Below, piece by piece: positions 62,965 to 64,000 of a stretch of 64,000 bases of DNA. This DNA comes from Iphione sp. A-MEVVRFRX5 (lineage: Eukaryota). Location: positions 97,154,001 to 97,218,000 of the forward strand of contig OZ320315.1 of NCBI GenBank assembly GCA_976226885.1, written 5' to 3'. The position numbers and the translations under genes are program-made. The notes under the pieces were generated by a model, which saw only the letters and a program-made list of their open reading frames with translations, was not told where the DNA came from and made no database searches. Position 1 is the stretch's first letter; each line of letters opens with the position of its first letter.

Positions 62965-63800
62965 TTGAATTGAATTGAATTGAAAAACTGTTTATTGAGC
63001 AAAGATACGTCATCTACAATAGATATTTTGCAGCAAGCTGCTCAGCCCATGACTTCCTCCAATCAACAGGCTGCAATCTTACAGAGAAAACAGAAAACCA
63101 GAAACTTTTGAAAACTACATTTTCTTCAAGTACTTTCTTATGCTTTTACCATTCCCAGTTAATATGATGAGGGACTACATAAGCGGCAAATAATTTTCTT
63201 CTTAGCTCAATGTCTGAAAATAGTTTACTCCTCTTTAATAAAAATGATACCGAATGCAATTTATTAATTTTGTACTGTATCATTCCTGACACTGTCAACT
63301 TGTTATCTAAGTGAATGCCTAGGAATTATCCAAGTATCCACTTGTTCCAACACTACAGTACCCAGTTTTAAATCCAAATGGAATCCTATTGTCTTCCCAA
63401 ATACCATGGCTTTTGGTTTGACTACATTCAGTATTAGGCCATTCTGAATGCTCCATGTTAATACTTGATTTAGTGTATACTGCAGTTTGGCCCTTAAACT
63501 TAAGGCATTCGACCCCGTCGACACAATCATATGCTAATATTTTACTTGGGAATGACACCCCAAATATGACATTTAATAAAATTATGAACAACCAAGGGCC
63601 TAAGATAGACCCCTGAGGTACACCACATGAAACAACAGTCTCCGTAGACATAGAGCCATTACACTTTACTCTTTGAGTTCTTCCACTAAGATAATCCATA
63701 AACCAACGCAGAATTTGCCCTTTGAACCCATATTTGTCCAACTTCTTTAATACTAAGGTATGGTTGATGAGGTCGAATGCCTTCGACATATCCAAATTTG
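62965..63800 (-). mobile_element. LINE 3-prime fragment (RT) with (ATTCA)n tail
   Basis: TGAAT repeats at 62965-62984 plus TTTATT. DMSKAFD, GVPQGSILGP. Confidence 0.88.
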
Positions 63801-63822
63801 CCGTAGCTATCTATTTGTTTTG

Positions 63823-64000
63823 ATTTTTTTTTTTGGAACTTTTATTTATCCTGGCTTCCACTGAAGCCAGCCATAGCACTGGGTACATGATTCATCCAGC
63901 CATAGCACTGGGTACATGATTCAGACTTGACTTTAAATATATACAATATATACAATGTATGTACAATGTATTCTTAATCCAAATTCCAATGAAACGTTGA
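63823..64000 (-). mobile_element. 3-prime end of a further LINE (poly(A), AATAAA), containing a 30-bp tandem duplication
   Basis: T-run at about 63823-63834, TTTATT at about 63841. CCAGCCATAGCACTGGGTACATGATTCA occurs twice. Confidence 0.55.

Noticed and set aside
1-64000. LTR retrotransposon (DDE integrase), rRNA or tRNA genes
   Set aside because: No integrase, protease, PBS/PPT or structured RNA gene motifs were seen by eye. tRNAscan-SE, Infernal and HMMER were not run.

Overview
This is a eukaryotic (probably marine-invertebrate-type) transposon nest. No conventional host gene, rRNA, tRNA or CRISPR array was seen. About 55 kb consists of nested, mostly decayed elements: CR1/L2-group LINEs (APE endonuclease + RT) and DIRS/Ngaro-type tyrosine-recombinase retrotransposons, plus one BESS-like remnant. 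Every recognisable TE segment (about 25) lies on the minus strand. The main finding is a recurrent LINE architecture: an L1-like ORF1 (coiled coil-RRM-CTD) fused to a NADAR (YbiA-like ADP-ribose glycohydrolase) domain, then a separate SGNH esterase ORF, then ORF2. NADAR sequence is visible in six separate, diverged copies. The 7.6-15.5 kb segment is different and looks like a Polinton/Maverick-type accessory region. It holds a truncated PolB-like N-terminus, two intact intronless minimal LRR membrane-protein genes and an NLS/Cys-His protein. These genes alternate in strand, and each intergenic gap contains a block of a ~203-bp palindrome-cored repeat. All family assignments come from motif recognition and manual translation, with no database search, so element boundaries are approximate unless junctions are quoted.
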